Source: an uncultured Acidobacteriaceae bacterium
GTDB lineage: Bacteria > Acidobacteriota > Terriglobia > Terriglobales > Acidobacteriaceae
NCBI GenBank assembly: GCA_963820295.1
Contig: CAWFZI010000027.1
Span: 124,954-188,953, forward strand
Length of the DNA: 64,000 nt
Direction: 5' to 3'
Of this stretch, positions 61,443 through 64,000 are shown in pieces. Made by a program: the position numbers and the translations under genes. Each line of letters starts with the position of its first letter. Position 1 is the stretch's first letter. The notes beneath the pieces are model-generated. The model did no database searches. It was not told where the DNA came from and saw nothing but the letters and a program-made list of their open reading frames with translations.

Positions 61443-62823
61443 TCAGGATGGCACGGATTCAACAACAGGGGAAGCGACGCCAAGAATCTCGAGTGCGACG
61501 GCGGCAACCCTGTCGATGGCGCCGTGCGCTTCTTCTTTGCGGTCGGGCCGGGTGCTGAGCAGCGCGCGCATCCGTTCTAGCTCCTTCATCATGGACTGCC
61601 GGGGCGGGCCGTCGGGTAGCAGCGGCTCTAACTGTTGGACGATATTTGCGGCGGTGAAGTCGTTTTGAATGAGTTCGGGGACCATGCGCTTGCCGGCGAT
61701 GAGGTTGGCCATGGCGACGTGGGGGACTGTGACGACGCGCTGGGCGATGGCGTAGGTGATGGGCGAGACGCGGTAAACGACGACGAAGGGGTTGCCGATG
61801 AGGGCGGCCTCGACCGTGGCGGTTCCGCTGGCGACGATGGAGGCGCGGGCGTGAAGCAAGGCACCTGCGGTGCGGCCACCACCTGCAGTGGGGCTAACTC
61901 CGCCTTCTGCGCGCCTGTCGCTTATGAAGCGGATGGTCAGGTTCGGGGCATGTTGTTTGGCGAGGTTGTGAGCCATTTGGATGTGATCGGGGTTGAGGGT
62001 AGGGGCGAGCGGCACGATGAATTCCAGACCCTCAAGGGCTAAAGCCCCTACTTTTATAGGAGGGTCAATGTATGGGCTGGGGCTCGCACCCTTCACACTC
62101 TCGGCCTCTGCTTCGATTGCTGGAGGCTTCTCCGCATTCTTCAGGGCGATGCTTGCGGCGAGTAAGCGTGCTGCGACGAGCATCTCCGGCAGGTTGTCGC
62201 GGATTTCTTTGGCACGGCTGCCTGGGAGGAGGGCGATCCAGGTCTTTTGGGGGTCGAGCTGGTTTCCGGCGGCGAACTGTTCGCGGGAGATTGTGGGCAG
62301 AGGCTAGGTCGGCGAGGGGATGGCCTACGAACTCGGCCTGGACGCCGCGCTCGCGATAGAACGTCTCCTCAAACGGGAAGATGACGAGCATGCGGTCGAC
62401 ATATTTTTGGACGAGCTTGATGCGGTGCTTCTTCCAGGCCCAGAGCTGGGGGCTGACGAAGAAGAGGACGGGGATGCCGAGGCGGTGGAACTCTTCGGCG
62501 AGCTTGAAGTGGATATCGGGGAAATCGATGAGAATGGCGAGGGCGGGGCGGCGCTGCCGGATGGCGTGTTTGAGGCGGCGGAATTCGCGATAGATGCGGG
62601 GGAGATGGCGGACCACCTCGGTGATGCCCATGACGGCCATGTCTTCAGCGCGGACGATTCGTTCGAGGCCGGCGGAACCCATGCGCTCGCCGCCCATGCC
62701 CATGAATGCCCCTTCGCGGTTGAGCACCCGGAGCTTCTTTTGCAAAGAAGCGATGAGCAGCGCGCCGTAGGCTTCGCCGCTGGCCTCGCCGGCGGAGATG
62801 AAGATGGAGATCGGGTCGGGCAT
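61443..62823 (-). pseudogene. lpxB: Lipid-A-disaccharide synthase, reading frame broken near 62290-62304
   Basis: The N-terminal ORF (62065..62823) carries ISAGEASG...SPQLWAWK...FVGHPLADL. The C-terminal frame (open 61443..62303) carries ALLPGSRAKEI...ASGTATVEAAL. Confidence 0.8.
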
Positions 62824-63129
62824 GTCTGCGCGGTCTCGCCTTGCGCTGACTTGATGATAGCGGCTGCGCTAGCGGAGAGCGGGGAACGGGCGGGTGCTTC
62901 AGGCCGCGCGGCAGTGACCTGCGGCTGATTACCGGGGCAGCAGCAGGAATGAACGAAAGGCGCATTGTGCCGGGAGGCAAAACGCGAGAAAACAGAGATG
63001 CGCTTCCGTGCAGAGGGGGGCTCTGGGTTGGGGGATCTCGAATCCCTTTCTCCGTGGAGGCGCAGCAAAATCGGTCTTATATTTATTTGCCCGGACTGTT
63101 CCCCATAACTAGAGTGAGGTCGATCGGTA

Positions 63130-63438
63130 ATGAATCCTATGCTGGCGAGTTTTGTGTTTGCAGGCGGGCCCATGAATCGCCTGGTCACGTATGGTTTTCT
63201 TCTCGCGGCAGTGCCTTTGTTGGGATTCGTGCTGCTTGACCTGCGGCGCGCTGCCAAGGTGACGGCAGAAAAGAAGAAGGGTTCGATGAAGTTTATGTCC
63301 CGCTACAGGGATGAGCACGGGATGCCGATTTTCTTCGAGGCAGGCGAGGACCCCTCGTCGCGGGCGGCCCAACGGGTGCTTCGGCAGAAGCAGCGTGGCG
63401 GCATCACGGCCTTGGCCGGAGACGATAGCGGGCGGTAA
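63130..63438 (+). CDS. Small hypothetical membrane protein
   Basis: 102 aa with one hydrophobic helix (LVTYGFLLAAVPLLGFVLL). Confidence 0.35.
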   Translation: MNPMLASFVFAGGPMNRLVTYGFLLAAVPLLGFVLLDLRRAAKVTAEKKKGSMKFMSRYRDEHGMPIFFEAGEDPSSRAAQRVLRQKQRGGITALAGDDSGR

Positions 63439-63479
63439 GGCCGCAGGGTTCCGTTCCAGAAAAACGCAACTGCTTCCTG

Positions 63480-63851
63480 TTATTCGCCTGCACCAGTTAT
63501 GAGTGCAGGAGGAGTGGGCTGGGCGGCTTTCCGTTTGGCAAGGGCGTGATTGACGCGGTTTCTGAGTGCGCCTTCGTCATCGTTGCCGGTGAATCCCATC
63601 TTTACGTCCATGTCACAGCCGTCACCCCGGGTTTTGAGAAAGACCGCGTGGACTCCCGGATAGAGCGAACCGAAGACGATGAAGGACGCTCTCATTTGTT
63701 CACTGTCCATCGCCACGATCCTATAATTCCCCCTATCCTCCAGTGTTTCTCGTACTGCGACCCAGACATCGCTGCAGGGCATCCGATAGGGCTTGGCGAA
63801 GGCTTGTACTGAGGACGTGAGAAACAAGGAAACCAGTAAAACTCTAAACAT
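63480..63851 (-). CDS. Secreted hypothetical protein
   Basis: 123 aa. Signal peptide MFRVLLVSLFLTSSVQAFA. One line counted in this gene gave 52% GC. Confidence 0.4.
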   Translation of the reverse strand: MFRVLLVSLFLTSSVQAFAKPYRMPCSDVWVAVRETLEDRGNYRIVAMDSEQMRASFIVFGSLYPGVHAVFLKTRGDGCDMDVKMGFTGNDDEGALRNRVNHALAKRKAAQPTPPALITGAGE

Positions 63852-64000
63852 TTTTTCCTCGAAGTATTGCAGGGGCGCTCGGTCGCTTGGACAGCGGAGC
63901 CGCCGGCCAGTTTAGAACCCGAGGTGTAGTCTATGCGCCGCGATCTGACGCCTCAGTGTCCCACAACACAATTGCGAATCAGTGGGACCCAAGGAGCCTG

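Overview
This 64 kb window is a high-GC bacterial chromosomal segment. Typical lines I counted by hand were about 65% GC. The 5' 16S sequence resembles Acidobacteriaceae-type sequences as I remember them, so the source is most likely Acidobacteriota; nothing was searched. I support about 65 protein genes, mostly housekeeping or envelope and metabolism functions. Recognisable blocks are egtD, prfA-prmC, a fadN-like/thiolase beta-oxidation pair, rpsT, phoH-ybeY-corC...era, moaA, mtnB-mtnD-mtnC, two ECF sigma modules, GGDEF and EAL proteins, and lpxB. There is one complete rrn operon (16S, tRNA-Ile, tRNA-Ala, 23S, 5S) at 45.6-51.3 kb. I saw no CRISPR array, integrase, transposase, prophage body or recognisable defence island, and I did not find a convincing new multi-gene system. 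What stands out is mostly non-genic. (1) Four families of hairpin-forming repeat modules fill most intergenic spacers. They show compensatory stem changes, one tandem 177-bp composite, a short copy in the unusually long 23S-5S spacer, and an apparent in-frame remnant inside a ~67-aa insertion in the essential GTPase Era. (2) An M1-aminopeptidase homologue has lost three of four catalytic/zinc residues. (3) lpxB and a corC/hlyC-family gene carry apparent frameshifts. (4) There is a G16-T-G5 homopolymer tract. (5) There are clustered GTAAGAC heptamers and a perfect 22-bp palindrome that look like operators. All family calls come from my own motif recognition in the supplied translations. Gene starts are approximate.
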